NCBI GenBank assembly: GCA_963748015.1
Contig: CAVVHE010000008.1
Location: 416,001-480,000 of the forward strand
Direction: 5' to 3'
DNA from: Terriglobia bacterium
GTDB lineage: Bacteria; Acidobacteriota; Polarisedimenticolia; Polarisedimenticolales; JAIQFR01
DNA: 64,000 nt
Part shown: piece after piece, positions 46,122-57,096 of the stretch
How positions within the stretch are numbered: the first letter of the stretch is position 1
Layout of the letters: the number at the start of each line of letters is the position of its first letter
The notes under the pieces: generated by a model
Told to the model about the DNA's origin: nothing
What the model saw: the letters and a program-made list of their open reading frames with translations, nothing else
Database searches by the model: none
Translations under genes and position numbers: made by a program

Positions 46122-49100
46122 ATGAACCGCACACACGACAACCGGGCAGGCATTAGCGCAACGCGTAGCGACGAAAGCGGACGGGGGAGCAGGGCCATGA
46201 GAACGAGACGGTCAGGAGTTCTGGGAAACCGGGGGGCGGCACGCATCGGGATCGTGCTCCTGGCGTTCGCCTTGGCGCTCGGCTCGGCCTTCGCCACCAC
46301 CGCGACCTTCCGGCAGGGCGAGAGCGGGTACGCCGGCACGAAGGACACCTTCCTTCAACAGAATCCGTCCTCCGGCGGTACGAACAACGGCGCGGCACAG
46401 AACCTCAACTGGGACGGGGACGACCCGAACGGGACGGGGTACGACGTCTATTCCCTGCTGCGCTTCGACAGCGTCTTTGGGTCCGGGGCCGGACAGGTGC
46501 CGCTGGGAGCGCAGATCACATCGGCGACCCTATCGTACGTCGTGTACAACAACGGCGCGGACGGCGAGCTTCACGAGGTCCTGGTCACGTGGGATCCGTC
46601 CACGGCGACCTACAACTCGTTCTGCGGAGGCGGATGCAGCGAAGGGCTCCAGTACGGCGCCACGGTTGGAACCGCGCCGGCGGGGTCGGCGGCGCTCCAA
46701 TCGGCGGACGTGACGGCGACCGTGCAACGCTGGTCCGACGGCACGGCCAACCGCGGCTGGTTCATCGTCACGGCGGGAACGGACGGGGTGGACGTCCGTT
46801 CGAGCGAGTGGACGACGGTCTCCGAGCGGCCGGTCCTCAGGATCGTTTACAACGAAGGGCCGCCCACTTCCAACTTAGTGCGGCAACCGTACCTTCAGCT
46901 CGTGACCCCGACCTCCATGACGATCGTCTGGAGGACGGACGTCGCGACCAACAGCCGCGTCCAGTACGGCACGGTGTTCGGCACGTACGACCTCGCGGCC
47001 ACGAACGCCACCGCCGGCACCGACCACTACGTCACGATCACGGGCCTGACGCCCTCGACGAAGTACTACTACACGGTCGGCTCGACCACGACGCAGCAGG
47101 GCGGGGGTACGGCCGAGCACTACTTCACGACCGCCCCGACCGTGGGTACCTCGCCGCGCGCCTTCCGGTTCTGGATCTTCGGCGACTCGGGAATCTGCAG
47201 CGACATCCAGAACCAGGTCCGCAACTCGATGGTGAGCTACGTCTCCACGCACCCGCCGGCGCCCGATCTCTTCCTGCACGCGGGGGACGTGGCGCAGGTG
47301 TCCGGCGCGGACGACGAGTACACCAACTGCCACATCGCCTACTACACGACGGTCATGCGCCACACGCCGTTCCTCCCGGCGATGGGGAACCACGACAGTT
47401 ACTCGACGACGTGCCAGGATCCCGGGCTCTGCACCGGGCCTTACTTCAGCACGTTCGTCCTGCCGTCGGGCGGGGAGATGGGCGGCGTCGCGTCGAACAC
47501 CGAAGCCTACTATTCGTGGGACTACGGTAACGCGCACTTCATCGTGCTGAACGGCGCGAACGTCAGCCGCTCCTCGACGGGGCCGATGGCGAACTGGCTC
47601 CGCAACGACCTTGCCGCGACCACGCAGCAATGGGTGATCGCCTACTGGCACCAACCCCCGTACACGAAGGGCACGCACGACTCGGACACCGAGGGCGACC
47701 TCATCGAGATGCGGCAGAACATCCTGCCGATCCTCGAGGCGGCGGGGGTGGACCTGGTCCTGAACGGTCACTCCCACGGGTACGAGCGCTCGTACCTCGT
47801 CGACGGGACGTACTCGACGCCGACGCCGACCTACTCGACGCTTCTGTCCCAAGGGCACATCGTGGACAGCGGGGACGGGAAGCCGGCCGGAGCCGGGGAG
47901 TATCTGAAGAGCTCCGGCAAGACGCCTCACGAGGGAACGGTCTACGTGGTCACGGCCACCGGCGGCCAGGGACCGGGCGGGGCGCACGGTCACCCGGTAA
48001 TGTACTACTCGGAATCCGCAAACGGCTCGACCCTGGTGGACGTCGGATCGAACGAGCTGAACCTCACGTTCCTGCGCAGCGACGGCGTCGTCCGGGACAC
48101 CTTCACGATCCGGAAGGGCGACCTCCCGCCTCGCGTGCAGACCGCGGATCCCACGAAGGGGTCCGTACTCTCGACGCTCCCGTACGTCGAGGTAACGTTC
48201 AACATGGCCGTCAGCGGCGTGGACCCGACCGACTTGACAGTGAACGGGACCGCCGCAACCAGCGTTCAGGCGGTAAGCGCCTCGACGTACCGGTTCACGG
48301 GCTACTCCCCGCCGGGACAGGGGACCGTCTCGGTCGTCTTGGTCGCCGACAGCATCGCTTCGGTGGACAACCCCTCGAACATCTTCTCCGGAGACGCGTG
48401 GACCTACACGATCGATCTGACGCCGCCGCGAATCGTCAGCGAAACGCCGACGCGCGGGTCGGTCATCGGCGCGCTCCCATCCGTCACCGTGGCGTTCAGC
48501 AAGCCGGTGACCGGTGTCGCGGCCGGGAACCTCACGGTCAACGGCTCGCCCGCGACGAGCGTCGCGGGGAGCCTGTCGGGCCCCTACATCTTCTCGGGAT
48601 ACGCGGTGCCTCCCAACGGTCTCGTGACGATCGCCCTGGCCGCGGGGAGCATCCAGGACCTTCAGGGCCAGTCGTTTGCGGGAAGCTCCTGGAACTACGC
48701 GCTCACCCGGCGCCTCGTCATCAACGAGTTCCTCTCGTCGAACAACACGGCCGCGACCGACGAATACGGTGAATTCGACGATTACGTCGAGATCTACAAC
48801 CCGACCGACGCGACCGTGGACATGAGCGGGATGTTCCTCACGGATGACCTGGACTCCAAGTCGCAGTACCGGATCCCGACCGGCGTGACGGTTCCTCCGC
48901 ACGGTCATGTCGTGTTCTGGTGCGACTCGACGCCGAGCCAGGGTGCGATGCACACCAACTTCAACATCGCCCGCACGGGCGAGGATCTCGGGCTGTTCGA
49001 CACGGAAGAGAATGGCCTCGCGGCGATCGACACGCTCACGTTCACGACGCAAACGACCGATGTCGCGATGGGACGTTTCCCGGACGGCATCGACGGGTTC

Positions 49101-52100
49101 GTCGTCATGCCGGTGACGCCGGGCGCCGCGAACACGATCTCCTGCTCGAGCGGCTCCGAATGCGCCGCGCTGACCGACGCCTGCAACGTCGGAGTCTGCA
49201 CCGGGAACCGCTGCGTGGGCCAGCCGGCCAACGAGGGCGGGACGTGCGACGACGGCGTCGCGTGCACGGCGCCGGACACCTGCGCCGCCGGCGTGTGCAA
49301 CGGCGGAGTGGACACGTGCCCCTCGGGACAGACCTGCAATCGCGGGACCGGCATCTGCGAAGCGACCGCGCTCGATCCGCTGCCGATCGACGCCGGGGAG
49401 ACCTGGCGCTACTTCAAGGGTACGCAGGAGCCGACCCCGAGCGATCTCACCGCTTGGGCGGGGCGCGGCTACGACGATGGGTCGTGGCTGTCCGGTCCGA
49501 GCGGCTTCGGGTACGGCGCGGATTGCTCGGCTCAGCGGGGCACGCTCCTCTCCGACATGCTGAACACCTATACGAGCGTGTACCTCCGGAAGGCGTTCCG
49601 CGTGGACAATCCCACGCGCGTCACCTCGCTCACGCTGACCGTGGACTACGACGACGCGTTCGTCGCGTATCTCAACGGGACCGAGGTAGCCCGCTCGACG
49701 ACGATGGGCGGGACGCCGGGGACGCCGCCGGCCTACAACTACGCGCTGACCAGCGGAACGAATCACGAGTGCTCGGCATGCGACACCTCGGGGTCGTGCA
49801 ACGCCGCACAGAGCGGTGGACCTCACGGCCTTCGCGAGCCTGCTCGTCGCGGGTTCGAACGTGATCTCGGTCCACGCGCACAACACCACTGCCGCGAGCT
49901 CCGACTTCGCGGTGCTCCCGACTCTCGCGAGCACCGAAAATCTCGGCTGCCTCTTCGACGCCGAGTGCAACGACGGCAACCCCTGCACGGACGACGTCTG
50001 CAACCTGACCACGGGCATCTGCACGAACCCGACCGACGACACGAACCCGTGCACGGATGGTGTCGCCTGCACGACGGACACCTGCTCGGCGGGTGCCTGC
50101 GTGGGGACCAACAGCTGCTTCGGCGGGCAGACCTGCAACCACGCCACAGGGGTTTGCGAGAGCGCCCCGGTAACGCTCACCTTCCAGCAGGGTGTCGGCG
50201 GGTACACGGGGACGGCGGATACCTTCATCGATACCGCCCTGGGAAGCCAGGCTGCGGTCACCCCGATCATCATCGACGGCAGCCCCGTGGAGCAGGTGCT
50301 TCTCCGTTTCGACGGTATCGTCGGCTCGGGAGTGGGACAGATACCTCAGGGCGCCGTCATCTCTTCGGCGACGCTGACGCTCCGGGTAGGAAGTGGCACC
50401 AACGATCAGAGCGCCAACGCCGTCAACTATCACCGGCTGCTTCATCCTTGGGTCGACACCGCGGTATGGGCGGCCTATGGGGTCTCGCCGTGGAACGCGA
50501 CGGCGGGGATCCAGGCGGACGGTGTCGACGCGGTGGCGACCGCCGAGGCGACGGCGACGATGACCACCGCGAGCACCGCCTACCCCGTGACCGTCACGGG
50601 GAGCGTTCAGGCGTGGGCGAACGATCCCACGAGCAACTACGGGTGGGCGATCCTCCCGTCCGGGACGGACGGTCTGCGGCTGGAATCCGCGGAATCCGCG
50701 ACCGCGGCCTACCGGCCCTTGCTGACGGTCACCTACGTGCCGCCGGCTCCCACGTGCACAGGCGACGGGCAGTGCGACGACGGGCAATTCTGCAACGGGT
50801 CGGAGCGCTGCATCGACACGGCCTGCCAGGCGGGGACGCCGCCTAGCTGCAGCGACGGCGTGGCCTGCACGAGCGACTCCTGCAACGAGACGACCGACTC
50901 TTGCGTCCACAACCCGAACGCCTCGCTCTGCAACGACGGCAACGCCTGCACGGACGACTCCTGCGATGCGGTGCTGGGTTGCCAGTACGCGAACAACACG
51001 ACGGCCTGCAGCGACGGGAACTCGTGCACGACCGGCGATGTCTGCAGCGCCGGCACCTGCGTGGGCGGCCCGCCCCCGAGCTGCGACGACGGGATCGCCT
51101 GCACGACCGACGGCTGCAGCACCTCCACGGGCTGCACGCACGTGGACGGCTGCCCCGGCGGCCAGACCTGTAACCACACGACGGGCGTCTGCGAGAGCGG
51201 TCCCGTGACCGCGACGTTCCAGCAGGACGTTTCAGGATACGTCGGGACGCAGGACACGTATCTCTACCAGAGCGGACCGACCACGGTCGAGGGAGGTCTC
51301 GCGAGCTTCAGATGGGACACCGACGATCCGGGAAGCTCCGGCCTGTACGAGTACGGCCTGATCCGCTTCGACAACATCTTCGGAGGCGGTGCGGGTCAAA
51401 TTCCGGTCGGCTCGACGATCAGCTCCGCAACGCTCACGCTCAACGTGACCGACGCCAGCGCGACACCGGTCGGCACGGTTCGCGAGGTCCTGGCGGACTG
51501 GGCGGAGGCGACGGCGACCTGGAACAACTTCGGCGGCGACGCCGGGGTCCAGGCGGACGAGTACGGCGCCTACGTCGCCGATGCTCCGATCGCTCTCGGC
51601 ACGGCCAATCTCGACGTTGCTTCCAGCCTCCAGGCCTGGGTCACGAACCCCTCGGCCGCCCTCGGCTGGATCTTCATCCCGGGCAGCACCAACGGGCTGG
51701 TGGTGGACTCGAGCGAGGCCGCCACGACGGCGAACCGTCCGAAGCTGACGGTCGTCTACTACCCGGCGGCCGGATGCACCGGCAACGCCCAGTGCGACGA
51801 TGGGCTGTGGTGCAACGGGGCCGAGACCTGCAACCTCTCCACCTCCCTCTGCCAGGGGGGCGCGCCTCCCAGCTGCGACGACGGCGTCGCCTGCACGACG
51901 GACTCCTGCAACGAGACGACCGATGCCTGCGCCCACGTGGCCAACGACGCCGCGTGCAGCGACGGCAACGCCTGCACGGACGACACGTGTAACCCATCCC
52001 TGGGGTGCCAGCACGCGAACAACACGGCGTCGTGCAGCGACGGCAACGCCTGTACGACGGGCGACGCGTGCAGCAACGGCACGTGCGTTGGAGGCGCTCC

Positions 52101-55100
52101 TCCGAACTGCGACGATGGCGTCGCGTGCACAATGGACTCCTGCAACGCCTCGACGGGCTGCTTGCACGTTTCGAGCTGCCCGACCGGCAGCACGTGCAAC
52201 CTCGTCTCCGGACTGTGCGAGACGTCGTCCGTCCCGGCCCTGCCGATCAACGTCGGCGACACGTGGAAGTACCTCAAGGGAACGGCGGAGCCTCCGTCGA
52301 GCTGGGCGGCGACGCTGTTCGACGACACCTCTTGGCTCTCGGGGCCGAGCGGCTTCGGCTACGGGACCGACTGCTCGGCGCAGCACGCGACCGTGCTGTC
52401 CGACATGCTGAGCACCTACATGAGCGTGTACCTGCGGCACCAGTTCCGGGTGGACAACCCGGGGACGATCGCGACACTGACCCTGACGGTGGACTACGAC
52501 GACGCGTTCGTCGCGTACATCAACGGGACGGAAGTGGCGCGCAGAAACGTGGTGGGGACGCCGCCGGCCTACTCCCAGGTCGCAACGGCGGACCACGAGT
52601 GCTCGCAGTGCAATTCGACGTGCAACGCGGCGGAGGGCATCGACCTGACGTCGTACAAGGGCCTCCTGACCACCGGGACGAACGTCCTGGCGATCCAGGC
52701 CCACAACCTGACGCTCGCAAGCACCGATTTCACGATCACGCCGTCCATGACGAGCACGGCGAGCCAGAACTGCACGTCGGACGCCCAGTGCGACGATGCC
52801 AACCCGTGCACCGACGACACCTGCAATCTCGGAACGGGGAACTGCTCGAACGTCGTGGACAACACCAACACTTGCAGCGACGGCGTCTCCTGTACGGCGG
52901 ACTCCTGCTCGAACGGGACCTGCGTGTCGGCCGACAGCTGCCCAGGCGGGCAGGCCTGCAACCACTCGACGCAGGTCTGCGAGAGCACGCCCGTGACGGT
53001 CTCGTTCCAGCAAGGTTCGAGCGGGTACACGGGAACGGTGGACACGTTCCTCGTGAAGGGCACGCCCGACGTCAACAACGCCGCGACGACCCCGCTGATC
53101 GTGGACGGCGGCCCGGACGCGGACATCCGGCAGGTTCTCCTCCGCTTCGGGCAGATCTTCGAGTCCGAGGGCGGGACGATCCCCGACGGCTCCGAGATCG
53201 TCTCGGCCTCGGTCACCATCAACGTGACGAACATCAGCGCGGACGGGGCGGAGCTGCACCGCATGCTCGTCCCGTGGTCCGGCACGGCGACGTGGAACAG
53301 CCTCGCGGCGGGTGTCCAGAATGACGGGGTCGAGGCGGTGGCGACGTACGACGCCAAGACCACCTACAACACGCTCGGAGTCTGGACCTTCGACGTCACG
53401 CAAAGCCTCGCGGCCTGGTCCGCGGGGGCGGCCAACCTCGGCTGGGCGTGGCTCCCGCCGGCCGGCACCTCCGACTCGTGGCAGTTCGACTCGTCGGAGG
53501 GTTCGACGGCGGCGAACCGGCCGAAGCTGAGCGTCACCTACAGGGCTCCGAGCGGCGTGCAGGCGCGCATGGCCTGCGCGCTCGGCAGCGGGAGCGCCGG
53601 GCCGGGCGGCACGGTGTCTCTCACCACTTATCTCGAGAACCTGGGCCATCTCCAGGGTGTTCGCGGGTATCAGACCCAGCTGACGATCACCCGCACCTCG
53701 GGCTCGGGAACCGTCGGCGTGACCTGTCCGGGCGGCGTGTCCATCCTCGACTCGCGAACCGACTACCTGTTCTTCGGCTCCTCGAACGACTACCCGGCGA
53801 CCAACTGCGGCCTGATGAGGGCGGCGTCGGCGCTGGACCAGGGCAGCGTGACCCTGGGCACGACCACGCCGGCGTACCTGTCGAGCTACGTGCTCGGTGT
53901 CGGGTCCGACGCAGCCCTCGGGAGCACGTTCGAGATCTCCTTTGCTCCCTATCCCGGCTCGGCGCTGGCGGACGAGAACGCAGATCCGGTCGCATTCGAG
54001 GCCGGCCCGGTCTGCGTTCTGACCATCCTCGGATGCGGTTCGAACTCCCAGTGCGACGACGACAATCCGTGCACCGACGATGTCTGCACGGCCGGCGTGT
54101 GCCAGAACACTCCGAACGCGGCATCCTGCGACGACGGGGATGCGTGCACCACGAACGACACCTGCTCCGGCGGCGTCTGCGCGGGCGGAACCCCGCTCTC
54201 GTGCGACGACGGCAACGTCTGCACGACCGACAGCTGCAACCCGGCAACCGGATGCGTCCACACGAGCAACGCGGGACCCTGCGACGACGGGAACGCGTGC
54301 ACGACGAGCGACACGTGCTCGGGCGGGTCGTGCGTCGGCGGGCCTGCGCTGGTCTGCGGCGACGGCAATGCCTGCACGGACGACACCTGCAACCCGGCCT
54401 CGGGATGCATCTACACCAACAACACCGCGCCCTGCGACGACGGGAACGCGTGCACGACCGGCGACGCTTGCGCCGGCGGGATTTGCGTCGGCGGCGCACC
54501 GCTCGACTGCAACGATCTCGACCCGTGTACCGCCGACTCGTGCAGCGCGGGGCAGTGCCTCCACGTCCCGGTCTGCGGGGTCGCCGGCGCCGTCCGCTAC
54601 TACCGCAACAGCGCGAGCGACAGCGAGCCGAGCGCGAAGCCGACTCCGAACGTCGGGATCGACGCGACGCAAGACCTCCTGGCCGACGCGACCACGGGTC
54701 CCGCAGGCGACTACGCAGTCGCGGGTCTCCACGGTAACGTCACGGTCAGGACGCTCAACAAGCTCGGCAGCCCGAGGGCCTCGGACCACAACGGGGCCGT
54801 CAGCTCCTTCGATGCCTCCGCGATTTCGCGCTACGCGGTGGGCGCCGACCCGCTGTCTCAGAACCAACGGATCGCGGGAGATGTCTCCGGCAACGGCGCG
54901 GTGACCTCCTTCGACGCGGCCAGGGTCGCGCAGTTCGCGGTGGAGATGATCGATCACTTCGAAGTGGCGACCTCCACCGGCTCCGACTGGAAGTTCCTCC
55001 GCTGCGACCTCTATGCCGACGCGTACAACCAGAACTGCGCGGCGGCCTCCTACAGCCACACCCCGCTCACGGGGACGGCCACCGACAACTTCTACGCCGT

Positions 55101-55683
55101 GCTGTACGGCGACGTGACCGGCAACTGGCAGCCGGTCACGGCGTTCTCCTCGTCCGCTTCGACGAGAACGGACTCGGCGGAGGCGGCGGCGTTCGCGGAC
55201 GACCGCCGGATCGCGAGCGAGGTGCGCTCGATGGCGGGCCTCATCCCGAGGCGGCCCGACGGCATGACGGCGGCCGTCCTCACCCTGAAAGGCGTTCAGG
55301 CCCTGTCGGCGGTGGGAACGACGGTCGAGCTCGGGCTCGACCTCGGCAACGCCGACGGGATCGAGGCGCTGGACCTCAGGCTTCTCTACGATCCGAGCAG
55401 GATCCGGATCGTGGACGCCCGAACGGGCGAGCTGGCGGCGCGGTTCCACCTCGCGACGAACGACACGGGCGGCGACCGTCGGATCGGTCTGTACGGCATC
55501 CTGCCGATCCAGGGCTCCGGGCGGCTCGTGACCCTCACGGTCGAGGTCCTCAGGCCCGGCCGGACCTCCGATGCGCTCGCGATCGAGGCGAGCGCGAACG
55601 AGGGCCGGATCCCGCTCCACGTTCGCGGAGCCGGCAGGGGGAGGCCGGATCTCGGGGGACGCAAGGAAGGACAGACCGACTAG
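46122..55683 (+). CDS. Secreted ~3,190-aa protein (ORFs 46122-50846 and 49816-55683, +1 indel near 49815). Architecture: DNRLRE, purple-acid-phosphatase-like FN3 plus metallophosphoesterase, 2x Ig-like, lamin-tail, 2x galactose-binding-like, 3x DNRLRE, cohesin-like, Cys repeats, dockerin-like cassette, terminal cohesin-like
   Basis: GGAGG overlaps the upstream stop (alternative start 46197). Motifs RQPYLQ...W, FGDSG, AGDVAQ, GNHD, YWHQPPY, GHSHGYER. Removing one G near 49815 gives NAAQSVDLTAF, matching the paralogous NAAEVIDLTSY. Confidence 0.82.
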
Positions 55684-55709
55684 ACCGGAACGCGCAACGC
55701 AGGATAGAC

Positions 55710-55745
55710 GGGCCGGGGGCGCATCGCGCCCCCGGCCCTTTTCTT
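55710..55745 (+). terminator. Rho-independent terminator
   Basis: Perfect 13-bp GC stem GGGCCGGGGGCGC-ATC-GCGCCCCCGGCCC followed by TTTTCTT, 26 nt after the stop at 55683. Confidence 0.9.
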
Positions 55746-55750
55746 AGCGC

Positions 55751-56752
55751 TCAGCGGACCCTGAGGTTTTGAGGGGCCGCCGGCGGGACGGGGCCGCACT
55801 GGGAGCCCGTGCCGCCGGTGCTGCAGTACACGTCGGTGCAGAGGACCATGGACCGGTAGTCGTAGCTCCCCGGCTGGTCGTCCACGAACATCATGCGGCC
55901 GCTTCCCCAGTCGAACCCCTCGATCATCCCGTTGGGCGGCTCGATGAAGGAGCCCACCCTCGTCTGGAAGTCCCGGCTCGTCACGCAGACGGTGTCCCTG
56001 GAATCGCTCTCGAAGTAGAAGCGGTCGTCGATCCAGTCGTACTTGAACTCGGAGGTGTCCTGCCCGGTGTCGGACGACGGCCAGCCGCAGGCGGCCGAGA
56101 GATCGAACCCGGCGGCGTCCACGACGTGCACGTTGTACCCGCTGTCGAGATAGAACCTCTTCAGGATCGGCCCCCACTGGCGCGCCGAGATGAGGAAGCA
56201 GCCGCCGTAGAGGGCGCCGGGGCAGGCGACGGTGTCGGGGTAGAAGGTCAGCCCCTCGCTGTTGCTCGCGGTCACGAACGATCCGATCGGGATCGAGTCC
56301 CGGATCGGGGTGATGGCGCCGCCGTCCTCGCACCTGGCGAGCACGTTGGACACGCTCCAGATGCAAAGCTGCTCGCCGTTCTCGTTGTGATCCACCAGGA
56401 TGTCCTGGAAGCCGTTCCGGTTGTACGGGTCCACGAGGGTCAGATCCTCGTGGTCGAAGTACCCCCCGCAGGTGATGCTCGCCGTGTGCCCGGCGGTCCC
56501 GTATTGCGTCCCGTCCGCGTTGAAGCACCAGATGCGGTGGTAATCCGCGTCCTGATCCACCGCGAGCCACTTCTGGTGCGCGGGAACGTAGACCACGCTG
56601 GACATGTCGGTCAGTTGCGCCGGCGACGTCCCGGGCTCCCTTGGCCACGGCAGCCGGGTGCAGGTGGCATTGTCGGAGCTGTGGATCGCGGCCTGCGCCA
56701 GGCCGCCGGCCGCGAGCAGCGACAGTGTGAGAAGCACGCTCTTTCGCATCAT
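55751..56752 (-). CDS. Secreted Cys-containing hypothetical protein, possibly a beta-propeller (SdiA-regulated/YjiK-like)
   Basis: Signal peptide MMRKSVLLTLSLLAAGGLAQA. Blade-like motifs DMSSVVY, DHEDLT, NSEGLTF, IEGFDW...MMFVDD; tail PPAAPQNLRVR. Confidence 0.7.
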   Translation of the reverse strand: MMRKSVLLTLSLLAAGGLAQAAIHSSDNATCTRLPWPREPGTSPAQLTDMSSVVYVPAHQKWLAVDQDADYHRIWCFNADGTQYGTAGHTASITCGGYFDHEDLTLVDPYNRNGFQDILVDHNENGEQLCIWSVSNVLARCEDGGAITPIRDSIPIGSFVTASNSEGLTFYPDTVACPGALYGGCFLISARQWGPILKRFYLDSGYNVHVVDAAGFDLSAACGWPSSDTGQDTSEFKYDWIDDRFYFESDSRDTVCVTSRDFQTRVGSFIEPPNGMIEGFDWGSGRMMFVDDQPGSYDYRSMVLCTDVYCSTGGTGSQCGPVPPAAPQNLRVR

Positions 56753-57096
56753 CGGTTCCTGTTCGTCCGCGAGCGCCGAGGTGTCCGTCGGGCAGCCAGT
56801 TGCCCGCCGCAAGATCGAAATCGGGTCCTAGCCTCGGCCCCGAGGCGTCGACGACGGAGAATATGACGCCTCGAGAGCCGGAATGCCCGGTCTCCCGGGC
56901 GCAGTAGTAGCAATATTACTTCCCGGGGCGCCTGGAGGGCGGCCGGTCGGCAGGGTGGCGGGAAGCCGTTCCTTTCGAGCCGCCGACGGTGCTCGCGAGC
57001 CGACCGGATCTACCGGCAGGCACGAGGCAAAATTACGAACCCGTAACCCTAGTCACGGTAATGCGCTCCGACGCGGCGGCGCCCCTCCGGGGTGGA

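Noticed and set aside
13421..55683. Pseudogenes or programmed frameshifting at 27.7-32.2 kb, ~41498 and ~49815
   Set aside because: No slippery heptamer or phase-variable tract at the sites, no other decay in the genes, and the pattern fits read or consensus indels. This cannot be fully excluded without raw reads.
56753..57096. Hairpins and a short palindrome (TTACG-N4-CGTAA) between the two minus-strand genes
   Set aside because: The stems are short and expected by chance at this GC content. There is no U-tract or recognisable motif, so no call is made.
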